From the NCBI GenBank assembly GCA_000182565.2, contig KQ257451.1: a stretch of 64,000 bases of DNA; one strand, 5' to 3'. This DNA comes from Spizellomyces punctatus DAOM BR117. Its lineage: Eukaryota. The translations under genes and the position numbers were made by a program. The notes beneath the pieces are model-generated. The model saw only the letters and a list, made by a program, of their open reading frames with translations. It ran no database searches and was not told the origin of the DNA. Shown here one piece after another: positions 12,069 through 26,912 of the stretch (the first letter of the stretch is position 1; each line of letters starts with the position of its first letter).

Positions 12069-13452
12069 TCAAGGATTCGCATATGTCACCAATGGCGATT
12101 TGGATGGAAGATACACTCCAGTTCCCGGAACATACACAAGCTTGCTCGCCGATACACCTGCTGTTGACTCTACAGTAGGTCCTGCCAAGCTGGTGCCCTC
12201 CGTTGGTCCAGTATTACGACCTGTGTCACCGTGTTTCTTCCCGCTGGTCTTGCCTGTACGGCTCGCGACTGTTCCATCCTTGGCGGAGACACGGAAGACA
12301 AGCTCACGCAAACGATCGGAATGGTAATAAGCAATGGCCGCCAAAAATGCAAAGTTGTAAAATAGTGGAAGGAAAATGTGCCAGAAGATACCCATGATGA
12401 CCATTCCGGCGAGGTTGTTGCGGAAGTCGACAAATGCGTAAATTGCAATCTGGAAAATGTTTTTTGAGTTGGTCTGCGGACGATTTCTCGTACAAAATGC
12501 CACTTACCAAAACAATGAACGCTATTCAAGAAGAATTGCCAGCGGCAGGAATTGCGATTAGTTCATCAGAAACTTCCAGTAACGTCTTCAGAAACAAAAA
12601 CAAAAGCGTACCGAAAACTAGGAAGGCGCTGACAGCAGAGAACCAGAGGACCATCCAAATCAAGGTGGCCAGCTTCCCAAAACGTGCTGGATCATGGTGC
12701 GATTTACTCTGCGCTTCCTTGATGATGGAATATGTTGCTAACGATATCACCACGGTAACGACGAAGGTTATGGTAAGGCTGACAAGGTAGTTGGCCTTGG
12801 TAATCCGAGCCCTACACATGTGATCGATGCTTAAGAAATGGGATTTCCAACGGGAAGGAAGATTCCACTTACCAAAATACACCACCCATTCTGTCCTGAT
12901 ATTTGTACGGATCATCCGTCAATCCGGAAATGATCGCCAAAACGGTGTTGGGTGTAAACAGCACCAGGAAAAGGACCACCCGAACCCATCCTTTGCGAAA
13001 TGTCTCTACTGCCAGCTGCCACCGTCTCGGCATTACAAAATCCGATAGAGGTAAAGCTTTGGAAACTGCCGAGACGTATTCGACTATCACGCAGAGCGCC
13101 GTGACACAACCTAAGTCCGCCATTTCGCTCATATGGGCTCCAAAGGGGGTACCAGAAATCAAAAGGGGAAGATATACGAGGCGCGACACGGTATGGGTTG
13201 CTAGAGAGTTCGTCGCAGTGTCAACAGAAATGCTGCAGATCAATTCAGACGAAGAGCGCACTTACTCCATCCAACGGCGAAGACTCGAAAAGGTGGCGAG
13301 AGTTCCTTGAGATGTGCCCATATCAAATACCCTAGCAGACCAAGCTGCATGATATAGAAAGCAAACGAAATGGCAATAATGGGAAACATGGCTCGCTCAT
13401 CCCGACAGTTGGTCACAAGAAATTGAAGTTCGCACGGCGTCGAGCTGTCCAT
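12069..13452 (-). CDS. Orphan multi-pass (about 7 TM) membrane protein, GPCR-like topology
   Basis: About seven hydrophobic segments across the spliced exons, a short Cys-containing N-terminus and a Ser/Thr-rich C-tail. Includes a 14-nt exon at 12508-12521. Confidence 0.65.
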
Positions 13453-14394
13453 GTTTATTGCGCTCTACTTCAGTGTAATTGACTGGAGGAATATGATCTC
13501 TTTTGCGGAATGATGTTGTTGCCCGAGTATTTGGACTGGGAGTGCACAGTACAGGCAGGGAAGGTAGACGCGCAAGTCAAGCTAAATCCTAACCGAAAAA
13601 TACCTTGTTGATGCGTCACAATTCTTTTTTTGGCTACTTTAAACCCTAGGTAGTGCCCGGCGAAATGGCTGGTTTAACAAAACAATGCATTGGCTTTTTT
13701 TAGTTCCATAGTATTTTGATGTGGCTGATTATCTGAAAGGAGTCCCACCTGAAATGTCCATTTTCACCCGCGCTCCTTTGTCTCCCGTCTAACAATAGAG
13801 GCCAATCTAATCAGGCACGCTATCGTCTCCCACAACCTGTTCACAGGCCTTTTGCACCTGCCTTGTTACTTGCTCAAACAATGATTATTTCACTTATTTC
13901 CGACATGCGATCGGGTGGTGGAAATACATTTGAAAAATGGCGCCAGCATGATCGTATCGCATCATTTTGAAAGGAACTGGCTTTCCTTCAAACGCTCGCA
14001 AGCGCAAACGTCCCTCCAAAGGCGTAGAAAGCTTGGCTTAACTGTGATCGAAATGCTAAGCCTTAAAGCTTACCAACTTTATCCTTCTTTCCCTTAGGAT
14101 ATTGGTTAAAACAAATAATACATGTGCTTAAGCATTAAGCACTCCAGTTTGGAAGGATTAGATAGATATAGGTTTGGGTATTTCACGGCGAGCTTTTCCA
14201 TTTTCGATCAGGACTCGTATCCTACTGTTAATGTGGTCTTTGACAATGCCTTCATCCCGATTTCCGAGCGATTCCCGATTGAGCGGATAAAGCCGGATGG
14301 CTCCAATGATCTGTCACTTTAATGGGTTCAAATCACGCAAGTTGACCAGCATTGTGCATCTGCGATCTCCCCGTCATTGTTATTGGTTGGTACC

Positions 14395-17300
14395 ATGACA
14401 AGCCGGTCGGGTGGACGCTACGGTGATAGATATATTGGAGAGGAGGAGAGAGAGCGACGTCCGGGAAATGCATCTTTTGTGACATTTGGAACTGAGCAGC
14501 CGCTGGATGCATCCGAGGTCCGGGCGAAAGACAGGAACAAGTACCTTCCGGTTCACTTGCAAGAGGTACGTCCCCCCATAAGTGTTCCTATCTCTACCCA
14601 ATTCTACGCTGCTCACTCTATCTATTTCTCCCTTCTCAGCCTCGGGATGAAAAGGGGCGTAAGCGATTCCACGGTGCATTCACCGGCGGGTTCTCAGCGG
14701 GCTATTTCAATACCGTTGGCACCAAAGAGGGTACGTACGCATTTGATATCATTCCAAAGTCTCCAACCGCAACCGCACTGAATTGAATTGTGTGTTCAGG
14801 ATGGACACCTTCTCAGTTTGTGTCGAGTAGGAGCTCCCGTTCTGCCCTCAATACTGCGAAACCAGAAGATTATATGGATGATGAAGATCTTGCAGAAATG
14901 TCGGGACGAATAGCTGCAACCGAGGAATATGATATAATAGGGGGAACGGAGCGCGAGTTGGCCAGGAAACGGGCTGCTGTAAGCACGATGGAAAAAGAGC
15001 AGAATGTCCTCGGCCAGTTACCTGGTCGACTCGTGGAAGATCTCATTGGTCCTCCAAAAGACCCTATTGGCATCAAACTGCTAAGGCAGATGGGTTGGAG
15101 AGAGGGCCATGGGGTCGGGCCGAGAGCGAAGAGGAAACGGAAGACGGAAGGTGCGGAAGGCGTGTGAATGTCTGATCATTCAACTGAAGCTGATAGTACT
15201 CCGCGTGTGCGCAGAAGACGATATTTATGCCGCCGAGCATGCCTTTGCACCTAAGGATATTGCTGTCGATATTCTCAAACCTAAAACTGACACTTTCGGG
15301 CTTGGATTCGATCCGTTTCATAATGCCCCCGAGTTTGCTGGCCGCAAGACAGTACCCGGTAAGAATTTCGCTGGAAATACCCTTGATAACAGTCTCCGTT
15401 GAGCTGATTGGCTATATTTAAAGCGTGAATAAAACAATGCTTATTCTTTAAACAGGTGCGCAAGCTTTGTCGGAAGGTCCGGAAAAGAAGAAACCCAAGA
15501 GTGCGGGGAGAGGTAAGCAACTATCTACAAAGCGTTGTGGGTGAACCCACCTATATTGCATATCATATTCATGGCATTGTTTTGTTGTGTTTAGCGGGCT
15601 TTGGGGTAGGCGTTTTCGAAGACGAGGAAGAAGACTTGGATGTGTACGGATCCGGAATGACCAATTACGACATGATAATTGACGATGACGATGATGAAAT
15701 GCACCGTTTGGGCCAAAAGCTTGGCAGATCCGCATCTAAACGATCAATGGCCCTAGCGACTTCCCCATCGGCACCAATTGTTCAAGCGGGATTGTGCAGC
15801 GATGGACGCCTTCCTATTGTCGGGTTTCTTCTGGCAAATAACACCTTGCCTGAACCTACCTGGTGTGTTTTAACTGTAATGATAATTTTTGTTTTGAAAC
15901 GTGCATATCATTGACCTTCAACTACAGGTACCCCCCGCCAATACTTCCGACCGATTTTATTCCCCGTCACACGTTCCAGCCAAATACACCTTCGGCCTCT
16001 CTCCGACAACCACAACACCCCACTGTTGATCAGTTTACGCACGCATCTCGACAGGGACGGCAAACAGAGCTGACAGCCGATCAGCGCCGGGATATCCTAG
16101 GAGAGGAGGCTTTAAGTGGTCCCCAACGCTCGGTATTTTCTTACTTGCCTATCAAGGAACAGGATCGACTACAAGCATTTATAGAGAAGGCAACCAAAGC
16201 TAGGGACGCCCTGATTCCTAAGGAGCCTAAAGAGGCCAAGCCTTCTACTTTGGGGCCTGAGGTTGAGAAGGATACGGCTTTGGCAGCACTAAAAGGTTTC
16301 ATGCCATTCGGTAATGACATAGCAAAACAACAAAGATATCGTCGTTTCCTAGAGTACAAGGCTGGATTGACAACGGACGCTCCATTGCCGCCTCAGGTAG
16401 CTGCACCTCAGTCCTGACATTGAGAAACAACTTGTCGCTACCCCTACTAAGCACCCTCTAGCATCTGAGCAAGCAGGATGTCGCACACGAGCTCCTGGAG
16501 TTCTCCAAAGCTGCCCTGATCTTTAAACCACTGTCTTCCATGATGGCAGCACGATTTACTTCGTCGTCGGTAGAAACGGAGGAAAGAAAGCCGGAATCAA
16601 AAGATGTAGGTAGTCATTGGTTAGACCCGCGTTAGGCTGCCCGTTTACGTTCCGATTTTAGGTATCCAATGAGGCGGCAAGAATGAAAATGTACGGTCGA
16701 TTAACTCGAACACGCACAGAGTGGCGACCGGATAAACTCCTGTGCAAGCGGTTCAATGTGGCGGACCCATATGCGAGCAAGACAAAAAAGCAAAAGCAAG
16801 ACGAGGACGAGGATGATAGATTCCGCTCCACGGCTCGATTACAGCAGGACAAGCTCTTGGAGAAAGAAGTGTTGAACCCTCGAGCAATGGACAACTTGAT
16901 GGCTGAACGGGATCGCCTAGTCAACGAAGGAAAGCTTGGTGGGAGCGCCGTCAATGGAATCGCTGGTATCACCCAAGAACCAGTGACGGAGATGTTAACA
17001 AGGGAAGCTGTACCTGGACAGGTGTTCGTGCCAACATCCGCTCCTACCAAACAAGAGGATGAAGGAATAGCCGCTGAGTATGAGCGACCTCCGATGGATA
17101 TTTTTAAAGCCATTTTTGCGGATTCAGAGGATGAGGATGAGGATGACGACTCTGGGAGTGACACCCGCGATCCTAAGTTGAATGAGGTATTTGGTTGCAC
17201 TGTGCACCGCGTCGCATGATGGTGACTGATTCGATCTTCAATTGCAGGTGCTGCCACCGGTCGAAGTTCCCAAGCAGGCATCTGCCGTACATGTTAGCAT

Positions 17301-18126
17301 CTCCGTGCCAGCTGATACGGTGTCCGCTAAGCTTCCACCGCCTACCTTCCGTCCTCTATTTCGACGAAAAGAAGACCGCGGTAAAACCATCTCACAAACC
17401 AGAGGTGGTGTGGGGTCTGATACGGTATCGGGTGCTACAATTCCGGAAGATCCTAGCACAACAGAGGGAGAATCATTACCAGTTGACAAATCTAGTAGAG
17501 GGATGGCCCTTGCTCGCTCAACCTCAGAAGTGGAGCGCAAGGTTGCAAAGTCTAACTTGTCAAAAAGTCCCAGTTCAGAAATGATGGTGGTGGAAAAGGC
17601 GGCAGAAGACATGCCAATAGAACCGGACCCAGAGCGGCAGACGTCTTTTGGACGACCTGCCTTAAGTGAGAAGCAATCTGGCGACATATCATTGGATAAT
17701 GACCAAGAAGAGAAAAGCAGATCCCACGACTCGGATGAGATCGATGACGGACGACAAGAGAAGGTGAAAAGGGCTAAAAAGGAAAGAAAGAAAAAGCGGG
17801 GGAGCAAATCCAGTCGCAAGCGGGAGCGGGAAGGGAGGGAACGACACAAGCGGAAGTATCGAGACACAACGAGTGAAGAGGAGGAGGAGGAGGTTTGGGT
17901 CGAGAAAAAAGTACAGACAATTCCAGTGGAAAACAGCTTTTCCAGTAGCACGAGAAACTGGTCGCAGTCTACGGATGCTGTCGATGCACGCAGGAGGTCC
18001 AACATGGCGGAACCGACTCAGATTGAGAAATCCGCGGACAATGAAAAGGACGGCGCCGTAAAGCGTTTCCATGAAGAGGAATCATCGAGAAAGCGGGCAA
18101 GAGCATCCGCTGCCGACTTTATGTAA
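14395..18126 (+). CDS. GPATCH1: G-patch domain protein 1 (DUF1604 + G-patch), splicing-associated
   Basis: [44 protein letters not shown]-patch [58 protein letters not shown] and a C-terminal RASAADFM. Confidence 0.92.
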
Positions 18127-18267
18127 CTGATTAATCAAAATACAATCATGAATAGGGGGCCAGCTGCTGTATGTAGACTGGCCAACGCCGATATGGCACT
18201 ACCAATACCCCCTTGAATCGCTCCGCGCAAAATTCCATTATTATCTACCACAAAAATACTCCAGTCA

Positions 18268-18576
18268 TCACTCTCCTCGCATGTGCATTCCCAGCCATTC
18301 CTCCTCCGTCATCCCGTCTGGTTTCTGTTCCCCCTCTTTGGGCGTTTTCTTTGGTACCTGCGGTCCAGGTATACCAAATATTTTCGAAATTTTGTGCTGC
18401 AGTGTTGCGGTAACCGCTTTTCTCTCGTTTTTTAAACGTTCGCCAATCGAGGGACCAAGCGGTTTTTGATTTTGCATTTTGTGTTCGAGATCCTACTCAA
18501 AAGAAAGGGGTGAGCGATCCGGCTTCACGTAGAGTTGGCAAGTGACCGCCACTACTTGTTCTGTTGAAGTCGCCAT
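18268..18576 (-). CDS. Small hypothetical protein (about 80 aa, 2 exons)
   Basis: MATSTEQ|DLEHKMQNQKPLGP...EEEWLGMHMRGE joined by a plausible GT-AG intron. An E-box lies 67 bp upstream. No family recognised. Confidence 0.4.
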
Positions 18577-18861
18577 TGTCGTCGCCAAAGCTTCGTGACC
18601 ATGAGCGGAGCAAGACTGAGCAATGATGTCACAGGAAATATGGTCACGTGAGGGACCATCAAACTATCAGAAATGAAAAACTGTATCAAGATATGAAAAC
18701 CTACAAACAAGAAAAAAGAACCAGAAAAAGCCCCTGCCACTGCCGGTCCAACCTTTAAATATACTAGAGACTTCTCGACTGAAAAGCCATTCTGGCAGCT
18801 GGTAGGGGCAGGATCTACGGGAAGCTATAGAATCTACAATGCACATATGATTTCAAATGAT

Positions 18862-20575
18862 CTATTGAAGAATCTTGGTCACGACACCTGGAAAATGAAC
18901 GTATGAGAAGAAGCGAGTGACAGCCGATGCGTAATATAACACCCACCAGTTCCAACCGTCTTTCCACCTTCACGAACGGTGAATCGAAGACCCTCGTCAA
19001 TAGCAACTGGGGTCCCAAGTTCAACCTCCATCTCCACATTGTCTCCTGGCATGATCATCTTTCCCTCATTTCGGTTAGCGTGCCCTTGCTCTGTGTCAGG
19101 CCACCGAAGAGACGCCGTTACATCCATGGTACGGGCATACAGTTGTGGCTTGTAGTTCTCCACGAAAGGAGTATGTCGTCCACCTTCCTCCTTCTTAAGA
19201 ATGTACATCTGAGTCAGGAACTTTTGGTGGGGCTTAATGGTGCCTGGCTTGGCAATGACCTGACCACGACGAAGTTGGTCACGCTTTAAACCACGCAGGA
19301 GAAGACCCGCGTTGTCACCGGCTTCGGCTCGCTCAAGTTCTAGCGCCCAAATATGAGTAACTGGTAGATAGCAATTGGATATTCGATGTGGTAGACTCAC
19401 CCTTGTGGAACATTTCAACACCGGTGATAGTGGTTTTAATGGTCTCACCATATCCAATAATCTCGACTTCAGCACCTTTGGTAATAAAGCCACGCTCGAC
19501 ACTACCAGTGGTCACGGTACCACGTCCAGCAATGGAGAAGACATCTGAAGGAGCAAGCCCTTAGAGATCAACTATATGAAAAGGATACTGAATTCACTGT
19601 ACCTTCAATAGGCATCAAGAAAGGCTTCTCCAAATCACGAACAGGAGTCGGGATGTGCTCATCAACAGACTGCATAAGCTTGAGGATAGCATCTTCACCA
19701 ATCTCCTTTTCACGGTCTTCCAGCGCACAAAGCGCGGAGCCCATGATGATGGGGGTATTCTCACCGTCGTAACCGTACTCGGCAAGGAGATCCCGCATTT
19801 CCATCTCGACCTATTTACGCCACGTGAGGTCCCGCTCGTGAGCTAAAAAGCGACGTACATACCAACTCCAACATTTCCTTGTCATCAACCGCATCCACCT
19901 TGTTGATGAATACAACCAGATTTTTCACACCGACTTGGTTTGCCAAAAGCAAGTGTTCTCGGGTCTGGGGCATCTGACCGTCAGTAGCGGACACAACGAT
20001 GATTGCGCCATCCTTTGGGACAGAAAACGTTAGCAGCAATAACTACGTCGGGTTTTGATAAACCATCCTTTTACCATCTGCGCTGCACCAGTGATCATGT
20101 TCTTGATATAATCAGCGTGACCAGGACAATCAACGTGCGCGTAATGACGGCTGTCAGTCTCATACTCGACGTGGGTAGTGGAAATAGTGATACCACGAGC
20201 CCGTTCTTCTGGGGCTTTGTCAATGGAAGCATAGTCACGGAAGTCGGCGCCACCTTTTTGTGCGAGAACTGCTCATCATCTGTAAGTAACTTCTCTCATC
20301 GGCAAATCAAATTATTGACGCTCACCTTTTGTGATCGCGGCAGTGAGGGTGGTTTTACCGTGATCGACGTGCCCGATGGTACCAATATTCACGTGGGGCT
20401 TTGCGCGCTGGAATGTAGCCATGGAACGAACTGTAAAAGTAGTGTTAAGGACCGACTGCGCGCGCCAGTAGCACACGCGTATATCCAGGCCTAGTTGCTC
20501 ACCGTACAAAGATGGGCGGGAGAAGGTGTGGGAGGGGGTCGCGCGGGCAGAGGCGGAGAGGAAAGAGCGGGGCAT
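18862..20575 (-). CDS. TUF1: Mitochondrial elongation factor Tu, multi-exon
   Basis: [49 protein letters not shown] and [21 protein letters not shown]-terminal presequence. Confidence 0.98.
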
Positions 20576-21052
20576 CTGGAGCGAAAAACTCGAAAGTCAA
20601 TTGGCGATTGCAGGAGGATAAAAATAGAAGACCTCAAGGAACGCAGTGGTATGGGAACTCACCGTCCTCAATCCGCGAGTAAGGCTAGCAGTAACAGCGG
20701 CCGCTACATTGTTTTCTTTTAAGCAACTAGCAAGCGCAACCAATTGTAGGGGACCTCCACACTTACAGCAAGAGAATGGCATTCTCCGGCAGGGCTCTGC
20801 CAAGGTAGAAGCCCTTCGGAAAGTTGTGTACACAGCGCGACCAGACATTTTAGCTATTGCTGGAGACGAGCGGAGCAGTAGCACGGTGATGCGGAGCTGA
20901 TCAAAAGTCGCAAAGGAGCACCCAAAGAAGTTCAACTTCTTGGAGCTGCGTTCCGATTTCCGGTTGCCATGGGAAACGTAAAGTGGGTGCGGATGACTCA
21001 CACGCGACACGCTCAACACGTCCAATTCTTGCCTTCAACTTGTGTTGTGTCA

Positions 21053-21662
21053 ATGACGGCGGACATTCCCTCAGACCCCCCAAGCCCTGCGTTCCTACTG
21101 ACGAGAGCCGATTCTACCCTAGAGACGCTAGATGCTTTGCTCTGCGAAGCTGAGCAACTCCTTTTGGCCGCCTCCTCACGCGAAGAGATCACGGGAAATC
21201 TAGATCAACGAGGAATTAACCTGGAGGAAAACCTGGCAGGGTTGAAATCGGATGTGGTTCTTCTGGATGAATCAAGAGAATATTTAGATGAGGTATGTTA
21301 CTGGGTGATGTACAAGCCAGCATCAAATTAAAGAGTGATCGTAAGATAATATCGGATCCTACACGGGCAACTGACCTGGATACTCTGCGAGCGGAGCGGG
21401 ATGAGTTGCGTGAGGTATGGTTGGTGTGTGCGGGTCAAGTCTTCAAATCTATGTTAATTTCTGATTCGCAATCATTTGACAGCGGGCCACAAGGATATCC
21501 CAGACATTACGGACATGTCTGGAACGATGTTATTATCTGCAAGACATGGTGGGGGATTTAACCCAGAGCGCAGATATACGACGATCGGATCCAGAAGAAG
21601 TAAAGGATTCAAGGCGAAATACTGAAGTGACACTGCCCGACTTGATGAACATCGATGTGTGA
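21053..21662 (+). CDS. Hypothetical helical/coiled-coil protein (3 exons)
   Basis: Two phase-0 GT-AG introns join ...EYLDE|IISDP...DELRE|RATRISQ...MNIDV* in frame. No family recognised. Confidence 0.6.
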
Positions 21663-21879
21663 TGCTTTGGGGACGCCGGCATGTGATATCTACGATCGCC
21701 CACGGCTGGAGTTACATCTGTATGGCAGCACGTCGAGGTGGTGGAAGTGGAGACCCTACTGATGGAAAGCGCATTGCCTCTGCCATTGTTGTCATGAATG
21801 CGAACTAGCACGACCTTAGCTCTCAGGTTGCTGAAGTATTGCCAATTGCACATACACATTTAGTCCCGTGCACAAACTG

Positions 21880-23316
21880 CTACACTACCACGAGCGGGTC
21901 TCTATCGATACTGCTTACAACAACCTCCGTGGCCGGCTCAGTTTCGCGAAGTAGGGTCTGAAGACGTGGTTGTAACACTTCAGCGAGATATCCGCGTTCT
22001 GGAAAATGTGCTCACTTTAATCGTTTCCCAATAATCATCGGAAATAAGCGGATAACGGATTATTGAATAATACCTGTGTTTGTATGCTCACACAAAATCA
22101 CGCTTATATCATCTGCGAGAGCAGCCAGGACTTCATGATGCGACATCTCGCCTAGTAGTATGAGCGGGTTAATCGGTATTCAGAGTTTAGAGATGGTACG
22201 CATGTTATCACATACCTGTCAAGTACAAGTCCGCCTTGGTATTCATCAAGACAGAGGCACCTTTTTACGGAATAAGGAACAGTCGTTATGACCAAATAGT
22301 AAGACAATAGGCTTACCAGATCCTGCACAGATGGCGATTGACGTGATCGGCTTATTTTGCGTTGGAGTCGCTAGACGGACTAAAGACCAATATCAATTTC
22401 TATTTTGGCCCCCAAACCCGGGGATGACAGTTGAAGAATGGCGGAGACCCCAATTGTGGCATACCGTGCGCGAGTTTCAGATGAGATTTGACTCGTCGCA
22501 CCATCTCGTGTATATCGACTGGCTTCTCAAGCAGGTGTATCCGCCCAGATCCAGATCCCAATTGGTCTATCTCGAGTGTCAGATGCCGTCCTTTGACTGT
22601 TTAAAGAAGCAAGGCAAATGATACCTGCCGGAGGATCTTTGATTGCATTGATCACGGTTGTCTGTCCAACCCCTAGACCCCGAGCAAGCCAATCGTTTAT
22701 ACCGCCAATACAGTTGTCCAACGCCGTGTGAGGTGAGAAGATCGACACACCTGAAAATCGCAATTAGCATAAAGCGGCCAAGAGAACTCCAAACTGCAGC
22801 ATAACTCGTACCAGACGCCGCGCATTTCAGCGCGATGCTTTGTTTATCGTCATTCATGCACAAACGCTTTACCGCTTTGAAGATTGGAGGGTGGTAGCTG
22901 TATTTCACGACCCACCATTATTCCCGGTGTTGAAGTAAACCAGATCTATTGCACTTACGCCACAATGACACCGATTTTTGGATCCTTGAGAGCTTCTTCG
23001 AGCACATGCTGCAATACATGTTGCCAGAGAGGTGAGAAACGGTAACATGAGTGCAGGGGTAAGCCCACACTGTACCTGCCGAAGATCGATAGTAAGGAAG
23101 ATGCGGGTCGCGTTTGTGCGTGGGAAGGGGGCCTCTACAAGAACGCCGACCTGAAGAGTGACATAATGTTGGCGATGCAGAAGTTCTCCATCCTGATACG
23201 GTTCAAGGTAGCAACATCTCTCCTGATTTTTGACATACATTGTCCCAGGCAGTTTCAGCAAGCTTCAATGGCGCAATCTTTTCCATGCAGCGGGTCACAT
23301 GTTGCAAGAGAGTCAT
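21880..23316 (-). CDS. NIF3: NIF3 / GTP cyclohydrolase 1 type 2 homolog, multi-exon (fragmented in the ORF track)
   Basis: APLKLAETAWDNVGVL, LTIDL, AYHPPIF, SPHTALDNCIGGINDWL, AICAGSG, ADLYLTGEMSHHEVL, CEHTNTERGYL and DRDPL. Confidence 0.93.
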
Positions 23317-23519
23317 GTCGATTGTTTTCCCCGTGGAGATCAGAAAGTAAAAAGTATGGTGCCGTTCACCCATCACTCATATTACATAAGCGATCGAAGA
23401 TCGCTCTCTGAAAATGGAAGTTGACCGCCCTCTGGGCTCCCCTCAACCATGACTATCTGTATCCTATACTAGTCTCAAGGTCTGATGAATTATCTAGTAA
23501 TTCCATAGCTGGGGTTGAG

Positions 23520-24634
23520 TTAGATGCTCCTCCATTGGGTGACTGGAGAATGCCAACATCGCGATATTAAGTTAATGATGACAGCCAGCTCGCTAGACAC
23601 AATCACTTACTTCCACCAAGAATGGAGGTGAAGGCACCAATAAGGCCAACAATGCCGGTTTCCAGCTTGACGTATTCAAGACCAGAAGCAGGGATCAGAA
23701 TGTCGAGGGAGTCCTGGAGGGTGGCCATTCTAATCTTGTTGCGCTCGCTTTATCATCCAAGTGTTAGCATAGACAGCGAGTAAAATGAAAAAACGGTGCA
23801 GCAACTCACATTTGAAGCGTTTTGAGGGCTTTCACAGCCGTATCATCAGGGAGACCTTTTGCTTGTGAAGCCTTCAGCACTTTGCTCTCGTGTTGAATGC
23901 GCTGGGAATTGAGGCGAAGCTTGTGCAAATCTCCCAAGAATGAGGCAATCAGCGCAATCAACCAGCATTTCATGCCCCGACGACTGAGGTCCTTGATGTT
24001 TTCAAACTTCACTACACCGGCGGTGTTTGCCTGTGAACATGGAAATCAGAACAAGGCCCCAACCTATGACTCATGCACTAATATACGTACCCATTGACAG
24101 GTGTCATGGACAAGCCAGAGAGCAAGGAATGCGTTCTTAACAATGAGGGTGACACGCGACACATCGTCTCTAAGAGTTTGGGCTTTTTGAATGTTACGCA
24201 CAAATTCAATTTGACGACCAACACGCATAACTAAACAAGAACGATGTCCAATTTTATCTAAGTAAAATGCATGGCCGGAAATATATGGCAGATTACATAC
24301 GCTTTCGGGTTTGAGCAAGACTTCCCATAAATTTGGTGAGGCGCTCAAGGGTTTCCTTTTCGTAGCCGTTCTTCTGGCCGTGCCATATGAGGAAACGCGA
24401 GAAATATTGAAGGAACCTGTCAGGTAGGGGATCGTTCAGTCCTGCGCGGTCGGTAGCATATTCAGCGGAGTCCCTCACCTGTGAATGCGATCACGCCCTA
24501 GAAAAGAAGTGGCAACATCAGTACCTCTCGGTCAAACAAACACAACACAGTCTGTCAATCGCAAACACACCTGTAGCCGTTGACAAGTACTTGACCGTGT
24601 GGTCATGCAGCTGGGGAGAAATGATGGCAGACAT
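23520..24634 (-). CDS. PEX11: Peroxisomal biogenesis factor 11, multi-exon
   Basis: KYLSTATGRDRIHRFLQYFSRFL, LAQTRKLMRVG, DSLDILIPASGL and GIVGLIGAFTSILG...QW. Confidence 0.9.
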
Positions 24635-24835
24635 TGCTGTAGCGGTTTTTCGGGGGAATGGCAAATGAGAGCGGGACGACAGACTTCTGGGCATTCCCGG
24701 AGCGCCTTTGTTTCACGTGAGGCCAAGATGAGGCATCTCTGTGCAATCCAACCATATATGGAAAGATAGCGACACGTGATTGACTGATATCAGAAACGCT
24801 CGCCGATCTGAGTAGGATGAACATGTATCGTTTGA

Positions 24836-26683
<1,848 letters not shown>

Positions 26684-26912
26684 ACTGCCCGAACAGATCT
26701 GCAACATAATGCAAGTGCAACTACATGTAATTACTTCCTTCTTGACTGTCCATAAATATGAGTGCTGGGTGTGGTGATAAGATCTTAGTTCCTTTACCAA
26801 TCATCAGAGAAAAGGTTATGATCACGTATGCAATTTAGAAACATTTGATTTCCCAGCTTGCTTGTATTTACACTGCCCACGACATCTTTTAACTGGAGGA
26901 GGAACGGCAGCA

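Noticed and set aside
12526..12528. In-frame TGA in the 7TM gene, suggesting selenocysteine, readthrough or editing
   Set aside because: It lies inside a good GT-AG intron (12611-12522, with CTAAT branch site and pyrimidine tract) whose removal keeps the frame.
17238..18072. Long antisense ORFs (e.g. 17238-18005, 42918-43535, 27779-28342)
   Set aside because: These are shadows of real low-complexity coding exons on the opposite strand.
19579..19588. GTATCCTTTT (U12-type donor consensus) on the minus strand in a TUF1 intron
   Set aside because: It is 14 nt inside the intron. Conserved PIEDVF requires the upstream GTACAG donor, and using this site would shift the frame.
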